64,000 nucleotides of DNA from Hydrolagus colliei (taxonomy: Eukaryota), in the NCBI GenBank assembly GCA_035084275.1, contig CM068755.1:3596001-3660000 (forward strand), in the 5' to 3' direction. The notes beneath the pieces were generated by a model. The model did not search any database. It was given only the letters and a program-made list of their open reading frames with translations, and was not told the DNA's origin. Made by a program: the position numbers and the translations under genes. Numbering within the stretch: the stretch's first letter is position 1; the number at the start of each line of letters is the position of its first letter. Positions 1-12,477 of the stretch are shown here, in pieces.

Positions 1-295
1 CCGCCCCACCATCGGAGGCCGGGCCTTCAGTTTTTCTGCTCCGACCCTATAGAATTCCATCCCCCAATCCCTCCGTCTCGTTTCTTCCCTTTCTTCTTTC
101 AAGGCCGGTTTGAAGACTTTTCTCTTCGACCGTGCCTTTTGTTCCACCCCGAATTCTTCAACCTCCCCTACGTGTTTCACCCCTCCCCGTACACTCCCCT
201 CCCAGCTCGGGTCACATGCCTCCTGTGCAGCGCCTTGGGACGTCCTCCCGACGTGAAAGGCGCTTTATAAGTGTAATTTGTTGTTGTTGTTGTTG
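1..295 (+). mobile_element. L2-clade LINE 3' end (cut by window edge)
   Basis: Encodes the L2 ORF2 C-terminus (PTIGGRAFSFSAPTL...FKAGLKTFLFDRAF), then stem-loop AGCGCCTT..AAGGCGCT (229-264) and a (TTG)n tail. Confidence 0.85.
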
Positions 296-645
296 CATGG
301 ATGGACTGCCACAGTTTTGGGGGGTAGTTTCGGCACGTAGTGGCTGACGGCACAGTATCACAAACATCCCACTTCTTGGCCAATTAGGACCACCCTAACT
401 GTTAGGAATTGAAAGGGAAGAATCTCTCTGTGAAGAGCCTGCTCCTGGACGCCATGCGACGCTAAGCTGCGTGAAGGGCACTATACATAGTTGTTGTTCC
501 TCCGTGTCGTACCAGGTAACTAGACTATCAAGACCACCACAGAGGTACAGCTGGATTGTGAAATTCCATTGCCAGGCATATCCTTCTGGAGATAGATCAA
601 ACCCAGACACCTCACCCACCACCACCTCCTCCCCCACCCAAGATA

Positions 646-826
646 ATAATAAGAATAATAATCTTTGCATTTGATATAGTACTATATATTTGTAGGCGAA
701 ATCACAGCAGTGTCCCACAAACAGTCGTGGCTTGAAATGACCAATTTATTCTGTTTTTTTTTAATGGATTTTAAATGGATTATTATTAGGCATGTGGAGT
801 AAGGAGACTTGCCCAAGGTTGCCCAG
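646..826 (-). mobile_element. tRNA-derived SINE (SINE-A), internally deleted copy
   Basis: Matches the window's SINE-A consensus (TAA tail, gtcccacaaacagtcgtgg, ggagtaaggagacttgcccaagg); ends about 10 bp from the CD276 exon donor. Confidence 0.8.
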
Positions 827-837
827 TTATAAAGTAC

Positions 838-1188
838 CTGCCACTTGCAGCATGATGGGGGCGCTATTGTAATCGTTGATTCGAACGAAGCAGGTGAAGC
901 TGCCCTCGTCCTGGATTTGAACCTGCCTCAGGAGGAGAGAGGCATTCCCCCTCTGCAGCTCGGTGTGAAAGAGAGATGTCCTGTTGGTGAAGCTGCTGGC
1001 CTGATCCATCTGTTGGTCTCGCTGGCCAGCGTAGCTGTGCACCATCCTCTTGGTCTCCGTCAGCTGCCATATCACACTGAGGTCCGACAGGGAGAAATTT
1101 CCGTCTGTCAGGAACGAGCAGTTGAGAGTGATGTCTTCCCCGAAAATGCCCAGCACTGGGAATTCAGGCACCAGGATATTCAGAGCCC
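838..1188 (-). CDS. CD276: CD276 (B7-H3) IgV-domain exon
   Basis: Translates GALNILVPEFPVLGIFGEDITLNCSF...IWQLTETKRMVHSY...NRTSLF...GNASLLLRQVQIQDEGSFTCFV...LQVA, matching recalled B7-H3 motifs (WQLTDTKQLVHSF, GNASLRL, DEGSFTCFV). Acceptor tttctttcAG at 1190-1189, donor GT at 837-836; 351 nt, phase 1-1. Confidence 0.93.
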
Positions 1189-1257
1189 CTGAAAGAAATC
1201 CAGCAACATGCCATGTTAGCTCGGAGGGTGGTGGGGGAGAGGGGTGGGGTAGGTGCC

Positions 1258-1712
1258 GAATAATAATAATCATAATAATAATAATCCTTGCCTTTTGATA
1301 TAGTGCTTTTCACGTCTTCTAGATGTCTCAAAGCGCTTCACAGAATATACTCTCATGCTGAGTTTTGCCCACAAATATAGTCAATTCACTTTACAGTATA
1401 TTCTGCGAAGCGCTTTGAGACGGCGATAAGATGTGAAAAGCGCTATATCAAATGCAAGGATTCTTATTGTTATTAAAGTGAATTGACTGTACATTTCTGG
1501 GCGAAACGCGAAAGCCAATTGCGCACTGCAGTGTCCCACAAACAGTCGTGGATTCAAATGACCAATTTTATTATTGTGATTGTGTTTTTTGAGGGATTAT
1601 TATTAGGCGTGTGGAATAAGGAAACTTGCCCAAGGTTTCGCCCTGACCTGCCAGGATTCGAACACAGGTCTCACACTTGTAAGGCGAGTGCTCTAACCAC
1701 TGAGCTACAGGC
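1258..1712 (-). mobile_element. SINE-A full copy containing a nested plus-strand SINE 3' fragment (about 1361-1475)
   Basis: Tail at 1258-1350 and body/head at 1476-1712 join to the consensus (agaatatact|gt|aaagtgaattgac); the intervening piece is an opposite-strand tail. Confidence 0.85.
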
Positions 1713-1721
1713 ATGGCGGCA

Positions 1722-2030
1722 GTCAAGACTGGCACGGTGGTAGTGCTCTCGCCTCTGAGTCATAAGTTTGTGGGTTCAAGCCCCCACGTCAGGACTTGGG
1801 AATCACGTAGTCTGAGATGACACTCCCATTGTAGGGTGGGTGGGTGGTTGCATTGCATCTAAAGGAGGTGCCGTCCTTTAGATGACACAATAAACTGATG
1901 TCCCATCTGTGTCTGTTCAGGTGGATATTAAAGATTCCATGGCACTGATCAAAAAGAGAAGCGAGTTCCTCTCTCCACCAGTGTCCAGGCCAACTTTATA
2001 AACAACAAGTAAAAGGTTGGTCACTCACTC
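1722..2030 (+). mobile_element. Deu-domain SINE (SacSINE1/AmnSINE-like)
   Basis: tRNA-like head (ctctcgcctctgagtca..gtgggttcaagccc) plus Deu-like core (ggaggtgccgtcctttagatga..caggtggatattaaagattccatggcac); family name from recall. Confidence 0.7.
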
Positions 2031-2844
2031 CATGACTGGAGAATGTGGACTGAATTTTTTTTAATGTGTTTTGTTTCTGCAAGTTCTTTTTTTAAAAAAA
2101 ACTAAAGAAATGAGTTTCAAAAGTCAGAGTGAATTTGGCAATTTGCCATCTTCCGGATGTTCTGAAATAGTCCGTTGTTAAGAGTAAATCTAGGCCCAAG
2201 TGGATCACCAACAAGTTGCTTGATCTTCATCTCTCAGACCTTGCAGCTTGGAAGCCCCTGGGTTTCCAATACACAAAGTTACGGGAGTTACCGTCTTCAT
2301 CATATGGGCAGGAGAGATTTTCTGTATGTTTCCAAGTGCAAACTGTATTCAGTCACATTGATTGTTGCATTTGGTGTACACAAGTCACAAGCTAGACCAG
2401 TGATTCTCAACCTTTTTGGAATAATGTATCCCTTTGTTCATTTTCAACATTATCGTTTACCCCCACCCAACTACATACACACACACACACCACCCCACTC
2501 ATTCCACTTGCATTTTATGACCAAGTTTTTCTTATATAACAAAATAACTAGCACATACAAAACAAGGGGAATAACAATTAAATATACAATTTGGAAGGCT
2601 ATAAATTAAAACACTAAGTAAGAGAGCTAAATAAGTCAATGAACTGCCACCTGTACCCTCTGAAAGTAATTTTGTACCCCCTGGGGAACATGTACCCCTG
2701 GTTGAGAATTGTTGAGCTAGAGTTCCCAGATTCAATTTGACTAATCGACTAACAACCGGGTTACTCACTTCTAATTAATCATAGGCATGTGGAGTAAATA
2801 AACTTGTCTAAGGTTTTGTCTCATCCAGGAATCAAACCCAGCTT

Positions 2845-3409
2845 CAGTTCTGGGCACCACACTTTAGGAAAGGCATTGGAGAGGATTCAAAGGAGATTTA
2901 CCAGGATGGTACTAGGAATGAAGGACCTTAGTTATAAGGAGAGGTTAGCGAAACTAGAATTATTCTCCCTGGAGCAGAGAAGATTAAGAGGGGATTTCAT
3001 ATAGGTTTTCAAGATCATGAGGGGATTTGGATAGGTTGCACCGGGAAAAATTGTTTCCACTGGCATATGGGTCAGTAACCGGAGGATTGATTTAAAACAA
3101 TTGTTGAAAGAAACAGAGGGGAGGTTAGGAATAAAAATTTCACCCAGAGAATTGCTCGAATCTGGGATACATTACCTGAAACAACAACAACTTTGATCTA
3201 TCCTCCATGCCGGACGGCGTGAAAAGTTTATGAAGCTGATTCAATAACAACTTTTAAGAGAGTAGATGAGTTTTCGGGGAGAACAAGATTGCAGGGCTAT
3301 GGAGAGAAAACGGGCCAGTGGGTTTGAGTTGGACAGCTGTTTTCGGAGGCGGTGCAGGCCCGATGGGCTGAATGGCCTCCCTCTGTGTTGTATGATTCTA
3401 TGATTCTAT
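2845..3409 (+). mobile_element. CR1-clade LINE 3' fragment
   Basis: ALERIQRRFTRMVLGMKDLSYKERLAKLELFSLEQRRLRGD is the CR1 ORF2 C-terminus; ends in a (TATGATTC)n tail. Confidence 0.9.
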
Positions 3410-3837
3410 ATTCAGGCATAAGAGATCCGCAATCCTAACTGGGTGTCTCTCATCCACTAATGGTTCCGCTAGCCCACACTTCAGAGAAAATCGGGCACTA
3501 CACGACAGTACGTTACAGGCATGAGTCACCTCTACAAAGCTCGGTGACTCCCACCTCAATCCCCACACAGGCAGCACAAAGCTCCCAGATGTTCACCACC
3601 CACCTCGCAGACTGATCACTGTCAAAGGTTCATTTCATTTTGAACAGCGTCCAAATCATCAAAGGACAAGCTGACTGGAGCTTCTCTGAAGGGCTTAAAG
3701 TGGCTGATTTTCTTTTCCGAAAACAAAACAAAACCTGATCACGTTTACAGTGCCAACAAACAAAATGCGATCTTGATTGATTGATTGGACACCTCTCCTC
3801 TCCTTGTTCATTTGTCATTGCGATTAAGTTCTGCAGT

Positions 3838-4475
3838 CCTGTGAGCATAGTAGTTAGTATGTTCGCCTCGCAAGCGAGAAGACCCAGGATCAGTTCTCTG
3901 GCAGCGCGAATCTATAGGCAAGTTTCCTTCCTCAGCACACTTCTGTTTACCCAGCAATAAATAGGAACCCGGTTGTTAGTTGATTGGCAGATTGCTTTCC
4001 AGAAGTAATAATCCCTCCCAAAAAAAATTGGTCACTCAATCCGCGACTGTTTGTAGGACACAGTTGTGCGCAATTGCCCTGCCACATTTCAACAACAACA
4101 ACAACTGATTTATATAGCGCCCTCCACGTCGGTCGGCGTCCCAGAGCGCTTCACAATAGCGGATCCCGGGACTGAGCCAGTGGCAGGGGCAGGAAGGTGA
4201 CCAAAAGCTCGGTCAAAGAGAAAGGTCTTCAACTGTGACCTGAAACTGGGAAGAGAGGGGGCGAGGCGAAGGGAGTGAGAAAGGGAGTTCCAGAGCCTCG
4301 GGTCGTAGTGGCTAAAGGCACGGCTGCTGAGGATGGAGCGGAGGATTCAGGGGACATTTCACCTGCAAAATACAAATTACGCAATCGATCCACTTCACCG
4401 TATATTCTGTGTGGCACTTAGAGACATCTCAATGTGGGGAGGTATTATCAAATGCAAGGATTATTATTATTATTT
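3838..4475 (+). mobile_element. SINE-A long subfamily, interrupted by an L2 insertion
   Basis: Head, ctgtttacccagcaataaatagg insert, Deu-like body, then tail caaatgcaaggattattatt; split at 4090/4354. Confidence 0.8.
4091..4353 (-). mobile_element. L2 3' fragment with ACATTTC flanking duplication
   Basis: (AAC)n tail, agcgccctccacgtcgg..cagagcgct stem-loop and FQVTVEDLSL/KTFLFDRAF-type end; ACATTTC at 4084-4090 and 4354-4360. Confidence 0.85.
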
Positions 4476-5689
4476 TCATTCCTCCTAATGCCGTATGCAA
4501 AAATTCACAGTTGTATGCGTGTGTGTGTTCGTGTGTGTTTGTATGTGCGAGTGTGTGTGGGCCTGTGTCTGTGTGTGTATACAATGAGCCGCCTGATGTA
4601 TTGGCTGTTTTCTATGAATCCCATAGGGTCCCTGTAATCCCCAGCTGAGACACACTGATAGAATAGGATTCGACAGCAGCAAATGTATTAAGTGGTTGTG
4701 GCCAGCTCCCAGCTCAGCCCGAGTACCATGTCACAAAATACCACAGCGAGCATTTATTTTCACAGCCGCCAAGTCTCCGTCACTTTAAAACTCCTCGGCT
4801 TGGTGTTTCATTGATACGTTGAGCACATTGCAGCGGATCAGCCTGGCTCAGTCAGTACAGCAGAGTCAGACGGTGAATGGGTCGAGCCCTGCCACAAAGG
4901 CTTTGAGCTCAGTTGAGCCTGACAATTCAGTGCTGTGCTGGGGGCAGAGCTGCAGTTACGCAAAGGCCTCGTGTGAAGCGATTTGAGACAACGTTCCCAT
5001 GCGAAAGGCGTGGTTTCGAATGTACCGATTACCATTATTATGAACGTCAGTGAAGGCTTCCTTGATAACCTCTGGGATTCGTCAATAAACAGTCCAGTGT
5101 TAAATGTCCTGTTCGAAAACAGTTGCGACTGAGTTATCAAGAGCCAAGTCGGTGGCACCGACCTTCTGGTTTCTTTCCAATCTCATTAAAAAGTCCACCT
5201 CACGGGCCTGCATTAAAACGGGACGAGGTGTCAATGAATCGTTCCAAAGGTTTCGAGCCTGGGATTTGTTGACTGGCTTCGGGTGCTACTTATGAGTGTT
5301 GATGTGCACACAATTAGTCAGTTCAAGTCACCTGCATTTCACAAACCAGTGACTCTCATCGCCAGCAATAATTGTCAGCTGCCTGGCACATCAGCCTCTA
5401 CTGCTCCTTCATTAACTAGAGGCTGGGCACATATTTGCTCTGGCACTTATTGGGAGGGGATTAAACAGGAACTCGGTCCTGCGATGTAAAATTTAACAGA
5501 TTTAAATCAAGCGTTAGTCAGGTTTGTGACAGAGAGAGTCCAATGGCAATGAATAAAGCGCCCCTCGAGGTATAATTCATTCCTTCATTTGTTTCCGTCT
5601 TACCCCAGTGTTGTGGAATTCTATTGCTTTCATTTGGTGAGCTCTCCAGTTGGAATGACAGCTCAAAGCACTTCACTGGATATACTATG

Positions 5690-5945
5690 CAATGACGTCC
5701 TTTTTTCCGCGTGGGTGAACACGGCAGCCAATTTGCACAGGGCAATGGTGCACAAACGGTGAGTGAGGGAGGGAGGGAGGGAGGGATTTTACTTGGGAGA
5801 TTGTTGGTCAAGACACCAAAGAAACTCTCTTCCTTTTCGAATAGAGCCACAGGATCTGTAATGACCACCCAACAGGTTTAACATCTCTTCCAAAGGATGG
5901 CACCTCCAACAAGGCAGGGGAGAGAGTGTGCGTTCCACTCCACTA
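5690..5945 (-). mobile_element. Deu-domain SINE fragment
   Basis: ggcagccaatttgcacag, cttttcgaatagagccacaggatc and ggtttaacatctcttccaaaggatggcacctcc match the Deu core in reverse. Confidence 0.7.
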
Positions 5946-7099
5946 AATATTTCATTAAGTTCAATGTATAGGCAGGGTGCATGGAACTCTGTCTCGTTTG
6001 GATGATCTTCAGCATTGTGAATGCTTTCCACATGTGTCGGATACCCCGCTGACCAAATAAAAAGGGGTCCTGATACAGAGTTTAGGGTGGTGAAAGGATA
6101 AAATTGATGCTAATAAGCTGTTTGAAGACGCTATCCTGCATGAAGGGAGCTGGCTAAATGCAAGTTGTTTTTGTTTCCACTTGCTGATGAGTCCAAATCA
6201 AAGGGAATATAACAATAATCCTTGCATTTGATATAGTGCCTGATCAAGTCGTTCAGACAACTCAAACCACTTCACAGAATATACAGTGCTGTAAAGTGAA
6301 TTGACTGCATATTTTGCGAGCGAAAAGTGAATATAATATGATAGCCAGTCATAGATATTTTAGAGGAACGTCTTCAGACAGAATGTGGTGAGAATGTGGA
6401 ACTAACTCACTGGCACAAGCTGCGCTTGAAGCAACAAGCATCAATGTATTTATGAGAGAGCTTGATGCACACATGAAGGAGAAGGGAATAGAGGATTGTC
6501 AGAGGCAAGAATGGCTGTCAACTGACCCCCCGCCCTCCCCCCCCCACCCCCCACCCACCACCGCTCATATTCAGCACTCAATCCTATAATAAGGAGGAAA
6601 GCAAACGCAAACATTGGCAGGCAGGCATTAGGCTCTCTGCTGGCACTTTGATGAATGTTGACTGGGCTGCTCAGTCAGATTGTAGAATGACCATTCTCCT
6701 AGCAGGAGAAGGTACAGTATAAAGCAGCAGAAGGAGGCCAATTTAGAGAGTACTCCACTTTAATCAACAAATTATGCAAGAAATGCTCGTGACAAGAATC
6801 GAATGGGAAACATAACAGCATTGAGGAAACCTGCGAAGGCAGATGATGTAGAGGCATTTTTAAGAGTTCAATTTGTACCATGAATAAATTAGCATGACTC
6901 AGAACCACCCTTCAGCTCTAAAAGATGTGTTCCTGAGCTATTTCTTCAAAGTAAGGTCATTCAATGCTTTTTCAATCGTAAATTATATTGAGTATCCGCA
7001 GGAACTGTGGAAAATGTGCTTTTAAGCTGTGAGGGTGCATTGACAAAGCACACTTAAAACGGGCTTGATTTTTAATGCATTACCTGTGTCTCTTAATAA

Positions 7100-7350
7100 T
7101 GATAGTAATCCTTTCATTTGATATGTGCCTTCCAAGTGAAAAAGAAGAATGTCTCAAAGCCCTTGACAGATTTACTGTGAAGTGTAGTGACTGTGTATTT
7201 TGAGGAATGATCAAACTTTCTATGGGGATTGTTGGCCGGGACACCGGGAGAGAGAAACTCCAATCTCTTTCCAAATAGTGCCATGGCATCATTAACGTCC
7301 ACTTGAATAGGCAGTCAGAACCTCGGTTTAATATCTCATCCAAAGGAATG
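7100..7350 (-). mobile_element. Deu-domain SINE fragment
   Basis: aaatagtgccatggcatcattaacgtccacttgaataggcag..cctcggtttaatatctcatccaaagg plus the shared 3' tail. Confidence 0.75.
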
Positions 7351-7414
7351 GGGCATCAGCATTAAAAGATCATTCAAGCTCTAATCAATTGGTGGAACTG
7401 GCTCGAGGGGCTGA

Positions 7415-7620
7415 TTGACCTCCTCCTGTTCCTGTTTCCATTTGTTCCTGCTGGAATGGTTTAGGTCCTATCTTTCACACCATCTCCACTTTGTGTCTGC
7501 CAATGACTTTTCCGCCCAACGCAGTCTTATGCAGTGGTCCTCAGGGCTCTGTCTTTGTACCCCCTCCTCTTCATCCTCCACATGCCTCAGTGACATGATC
7601 CGTAGAAATGGGGTCAATTT
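7415..7620 (+). mobile_element. L2 reverse-transcriptase fragment (degenerate)
   Basis: LEWFRSYLS...GPQGSV(F)..LLFI motifs with frameshifts. Confidence 0.7.
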
Positions 7621-8020
7621 CCTTTTGAAATTCAAATTTGAAAGGCACTCTGTAAGAGTAATTATGTCGTTGTTGTTGTTGTTGTTCCAATGTACTCCCA
7701 GCTTCTAATATGGAATTTTTGTATCACTACCATCTACATACAAAACTGCAAATCACCGATATCAGTAACCAGCCCAGCAAATTGTCTCATTCTTAAGGCC
7801 ACCAAAACCTTGGCAAAGGGTTGGTGATCTACTGGAGAAATCTGGTCAACACGGTGAGGAGGCGTCCTGGCCAACAATCTCCCGAATAAAATTGATCATT
7901 TCCCTTCAAGGCTGTTTTTGGGACGTCCAGAAATGGACTGCTGAGTTGAAGTATAAATACACAGTCACTTTACAGTAAAATCCTGGGAAGCTCTTTGAGA
8001 CATCCTCCTGATATCACAGC

Positions 8021-8173
8021 TAAAGAACTTTCTCTTTGACCGCGCCTTTGGTTGCCTTTCTACCCCTGCGCCTGGCTCGGTCCTGGGATCCACTATTGTG
8101 AAGCGCTCTGAGACGCCGTCCGGCGTGGAGGGCGCTATATAAATTGAAGTTGTTGTTGTTGTTGTTGTTGTTG
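8021..8173 (+). mobile_element. L2 3' end, young subfamily
   Basis: KNFLFDRAFG, stem-loop AGCGCTCT-GAG-ACGCC-GTCC-GGCGT-GG-AGGGCGCT (8102-8136), (GTT)n tail. Confidence 0.85.
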
Positions 8174-8228
8174 ACATGGAAGCAATATATCAAATGCGAA
8201 GATTCTTATCAGTATTGAATTATGGAGC

Positions 8229-8524
8229 GTGGAGTCCTGTAGCTTGGTTAGAGAACTCGACTTGCAAGACCTGGGTTTGATTCCAGGCAGGGTGAAACTT
8301 TGGGCAAGTTACCTTACTCCACACACCTAATAATAATCCCTCAAAAAGAACTATAATAAATTAATCGTGGCAATCCACGACTGTTTGTGCAACACTGCTG
8401 TGTGCAATTGGCTGCCGTGTTTCACTCGCAAATATAGTCAATTTACTTTACAGTATTTTCTGTGAAGTGCTTTGAGACGTCTAGAAGATGCAATATCAAA
8501 TGCAAGGATTGCTATCATTATTAT
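8229..8524 (+). mobile_element. SINE-A
   Basis: gtggagtcctgtagc head through caaatgcaaggatt tail. Confidence 0.85.
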
Positions 8525-8774
8525 TTGACAGGAGATTTCTGTATCATTTCAGGAGCTAAATCACCGACTGTCCTATCTATTTTCTAATAGAGTGGAATGA
8601 ATGTTCACTCATGTTAACTCACCCGACCCCGTGGTATTAAACATATGATCAGGAATTGGCTGCCCAATAAGCCATTTCTTTAACTGTAGCACACTCTGGT
8701 GGTCAAGAGAGAACATACAGTTTTCCCTCTGAAGAGACTGAAGGGTTTGATTCCCTGGCTCTATTTTTATAATA

Positions 8775-9130
8775 ATATTAATAATAATATTACATCTTGC
8801 ATTTGATATAGAACCCTATGTCATCAAGACATCTCAAAGCACTTTTGAAGATATATTTTGTGTATATACTATACTATGTGTATTTTGTGGCTAAACACTG
8901 CAGTCAATTTGCACACAAGTTTATTCAGGAGATTGTTAGCCACGACACAGGGAGAAACTTCCTTTTCTATTCGAATAGTGCCGTGAGATCATCAACATTC
9001 AGCTGATCAGGCATTGAGGACTTAGGTTTAATGTCTCATCGATAGGACAGAGCCTCCAACAATGCAGCGTTCCCTCAGCTTTGCACTGAATGGTTAACTT
9101 AGACAACAGGAGTTTGAACTTCCGACACGG
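8775..9130 (-). mobile_element. Deu-domain SINE with the same 3' tail as SINE-A
   Basis: (TAA)n-cttgcatttgatatag tail joined to Deu core ttcgaatagtgccgtgagatc..ggtttaatgtctcatcgataggacag. Confidence 0.75.
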
Positions 9131-9714
9131 GGCTCCATCTATCAATCCATCACAGTGGTGTCTGACTGTCTGCAGGCTCACCAGTTACTGGTGTTATAGT
9201 TGGATGAAACTCCCCAGAAAATCCAGAGTGTCACATCTTCATTCAGATCAAGTCCTTCAAAGGTGGCAAACTTAGCAAACATGAATTCCCAGCCAACAGC
9301 ATCCAGCATCTCCACTCTCTGCAACTTGTGGAGTCCTGTAGCTCAGTGGTTAGAGCACTTGCCTCACAAGCAAGAGGACCTGGGTTTGATTCCCGGCAGG
9401 GCGGACATGATAGGGAGCAATATTAATTGTAAGGATTGTTATTGTGTTATTATAACTCGCGGTTCATCTCCCTGCTCCGATCTCTCTGTCTAAACTCACC
9501 ACCCCACCCCCACCCTCACCTCCATAGCCCTGAACCTGTGCTCTCTTGCTCTCTTGAATCTGAAAATATTGTTATGTGTTTAACTGGACCAGGTGTCAAC
9601 CTAGACCAGGTAAACCTTACACAGAAGGCTGTGGGACCAAGCCCCTTTTCAGGGCTTTGAGCTCAGTCTGTGCTGACACTGCAGTGCTGGTGGCACAAAG
9701 ATTGTTAAAGGTGG

Positions 9715-10720
9715 CATAAGACCATAAGAATTAGGAGCAGGAGTAGGCCATTCGGCCCCTCGAGCCTGCCCCGCCATTCAGTAAGTTCATGGCTGATCTT
9801 CTGACCTAACTCTAATTACCTGCCCTATCCCTATATCCCCTAATCCCTCTATTTAAAAAAAATCTATCAGTCTCAGCCTTGAAAATGTTCAGGGACTACG
9901 CATCCACTGCCTTCTGGGGTAGTGAATTCCATAAATTCACTACCCTCTGAGTGAAGAAATGTTTCCTCAACTCTGTTCTAAAAGGCTGACCCTTAATTTT
10001 AAGACTGTGACCCCTGGTTATAGATTCTCCTACCAGGGGAAACAGTTCCTCAGTATCTACTTTATCTAGCTCTTTAAGAATCCTATATGTTTCAATAAGA
10101 TTCCCCCTAATTCTTCTGTACTCTAGAGAGTACAGCCCTAGTTTATTCAACCTATCCTCATAGGTCAGTCCCCTCATCCCAGGAACTAACCAGTGAATCT
10201 ACGCTGCACCCCCTCTAAGGCAAGTATGTCCTTTTTTAAATAAGGAGACCAAAACTGCACACAATAGTCCAAGTGCGGTCTAAACAAGGCCCTATATATT
10301 GTACTCTAAACCTTTTGAAATGAACGCTAGCATGCCGTTCGCCTTCTTAGCTGCTTGCTGCACCTGCAAACTAACTTTTTGAGACTGGTGCACAAGGACA
10401 CCCAAATCCATTTGAATACTAACACTATCTAAGCTCTCCCCCTCTAGAAAATAATCCATTTTTTTATTTTTGTTACCTTGGTAAATAATTTCACACTTCC
10501 CCACATTAAATTCCATCTGCCACCTACCTGCCCACTCCCCTAGCCTATCTATATCTTGTTGCAATATTTTTGCATCATCCTCACAGCTGACTCTCCTACC
10601 TAGTTTAGTGTCATCCGTGAATTTAGGCACATTACATTCAATGTCCTCGTCTAGATCATTGATGTAAATTGTAAATAGCTGAGGCCCAAGCACTGATCCT
10701 TGTGGCACTTCACTAGTTAC
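9715..10720 (-). mobile_element. CR1-clade LINE, 5'-truncated, RT domain to 3' tail
   Basis: PQGSVLGPQLFTIYINDLDE..KFTDDTKLG..LQQDIDRLGEWAGRWQMEFNVGKC and GLTYEDRLNKLGLYSLEYRRIRGNLIETY; tail cataagaccataagaa. Confidence 0.95.
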
Positions 10721-12059
10721 ATCATACCTTTGGATGTTTTATTAAATTAAGGCCTGTCTACCTTTTTCAGGTAGAAGTTAAGAGATTCCATGATACTACA
10801 CAAAAAGAGAAGAGAGTTTCTCTCTCCCGGTATCCTGGCCAAATAATTGCCAAGATAAAACTTGGTCACTCGATTCATAAATTTGGGGATGTTTCTCTAT
10901 GTAAATTTGCTCCCACATTCTACTCCAAAATACAGTGTGAAGCTGTACTTTACAGTAAGACCTTTGAAGCACTATGCAATGTCCTCAAAATGTACCCCAC
11001 CCCCTAACCCCCCACCATTCAGGTCCAAATCCCTGGCTGTCCAACGCATTGGGCTTCCCTGACATGAAATGCACCACACAAATGTATTGTATAATTTTGT
11101 ATTGTAAGGTCAGAAAACCTCGTAACATTTATACAGCCTACACACTTGACTTAACCTAATCCAGATGTTTACTTTAGTTTATATCCAGTATATACATTAA
11201 CATAATATCCTGGGAAGCACTTTGAGACTATAACAATTTACATTTGTATAGCACCTTTCACATCAGGGGAATTCCCCAATGGTTTCAACAGCGTAATAAG
11301 GTGTTATATCAAATGCACGTATGATTATTATTATTATTATTTCACATTTGGTACTTCATGAGGAACCAGAGCTCAGTTGATAGCTCTCTGCCACGATTTG
11401 CTGTGCCTCATTGGTTTGCAATCCAATCTCAGTCCACTGATCCCATATTGAGTCAATAAGCCATTAATGTTATCCAGCCAGGCTGGAGAAGTGGTTGAGC
11501 ACAGAGCCGTGAGCAACGGCAATGAGCTGGCAAGCAAGTCTTGCTACAATGAGCTGGCAGGCAAGCCCTGCCCTGCTAAGCCCACCTCTGTTGCTTCAGT
11601 AATGATCTGTCAGGACTCAGTATTTCTCCCATCTGTTATGCACGCTGCAGTTCGATGTCACTCGAACAAAACAGTTTACAAAGTGGCAACTGCCTAATGC
11701 TGTCTTCACTTCATGTCTTGCGAGGAATCTTTTATTCCTGCTCTTCAGATGATTATCAACCTAGCTCAATTGGTCATATGTTTGCTTCTGAGTCACAATG
11801 ATGTGGGTTCAGTTGGGACTTTGAATCCAAATAGTCCAGGCTGACATTCCATTCTATGCTGTCCAAGGATCTTTGGATGAGATATTAAACCTGTTCATGT
11901 GGGCATTAAAGATCCTATGGAACTACAGTATTCAAAATCAAATGACATTCACCTACAAAACACACAATCGCTACAATTTAGAGAAACACTCTTTTAAGCT
12001 CTTTGAAATCCACTGAGATGAAAGTCTTCAGCCAACATACTATATTTTGTGGGCCAAAT

Positions 12060-12360
12060 ATCTTCTCACAATACACAATACAGCCTCTACCGCATGTATA
12101 CCAAGTCGGGAAGAGAGCAGTAAGTGAAATGAGCAGCGGTAATCATGTATAACTATATTTCGTTGGCAGGCAATTGTGCATAGCAGTATCCCACAAACCG
12201 TTGTGGATTGAGTGAGCAAATTATATATATTATTTTGAGGGATTATTATCCCCAGAAAGCAATCCGCCAATCAACTACCAGGTTCCTACTTACTGCTAGG
12301 TAAACAGAGATGTGTGGAGTAAGGAAACTGCCTAAGGTTTCTCCCTGCCTGGGAATCAAC
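12060..12360 (-). mobile_element. SINE-A long subfamily
   Basis: Contains ggttcctacttactgctaggtaaacagag insert; Deu-like body. Confidence 0.75.
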
Positions 12361-12477
12361 TTATCCCGTATTCAGTCCCATTATTATATTTCAGTATATT
12401 GTATAATTGACCCATACAAATTGGGAAGCTCCCAGTTTCACATCCTGTGAGCGGACTGAGTTAGTTGATGTGACTTA

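Noticed and set aside
1189-1273. N-terminal extension MIIIIRHLPHPSPPPPSELTWHVAGFLS of ORF 827-1273
   Set aside because: Intronic read-through upstream of the acceptor; it begins in a SINE (TAA)n tail.
9896-10708. ORFs with RT motifs as host genes (also 15543-16197, 2804-3004, 16561-16746)
   Set aside because: These are broken ORF2 pieces of CR1 and L2 retrotransposons with frameshifts and stops.
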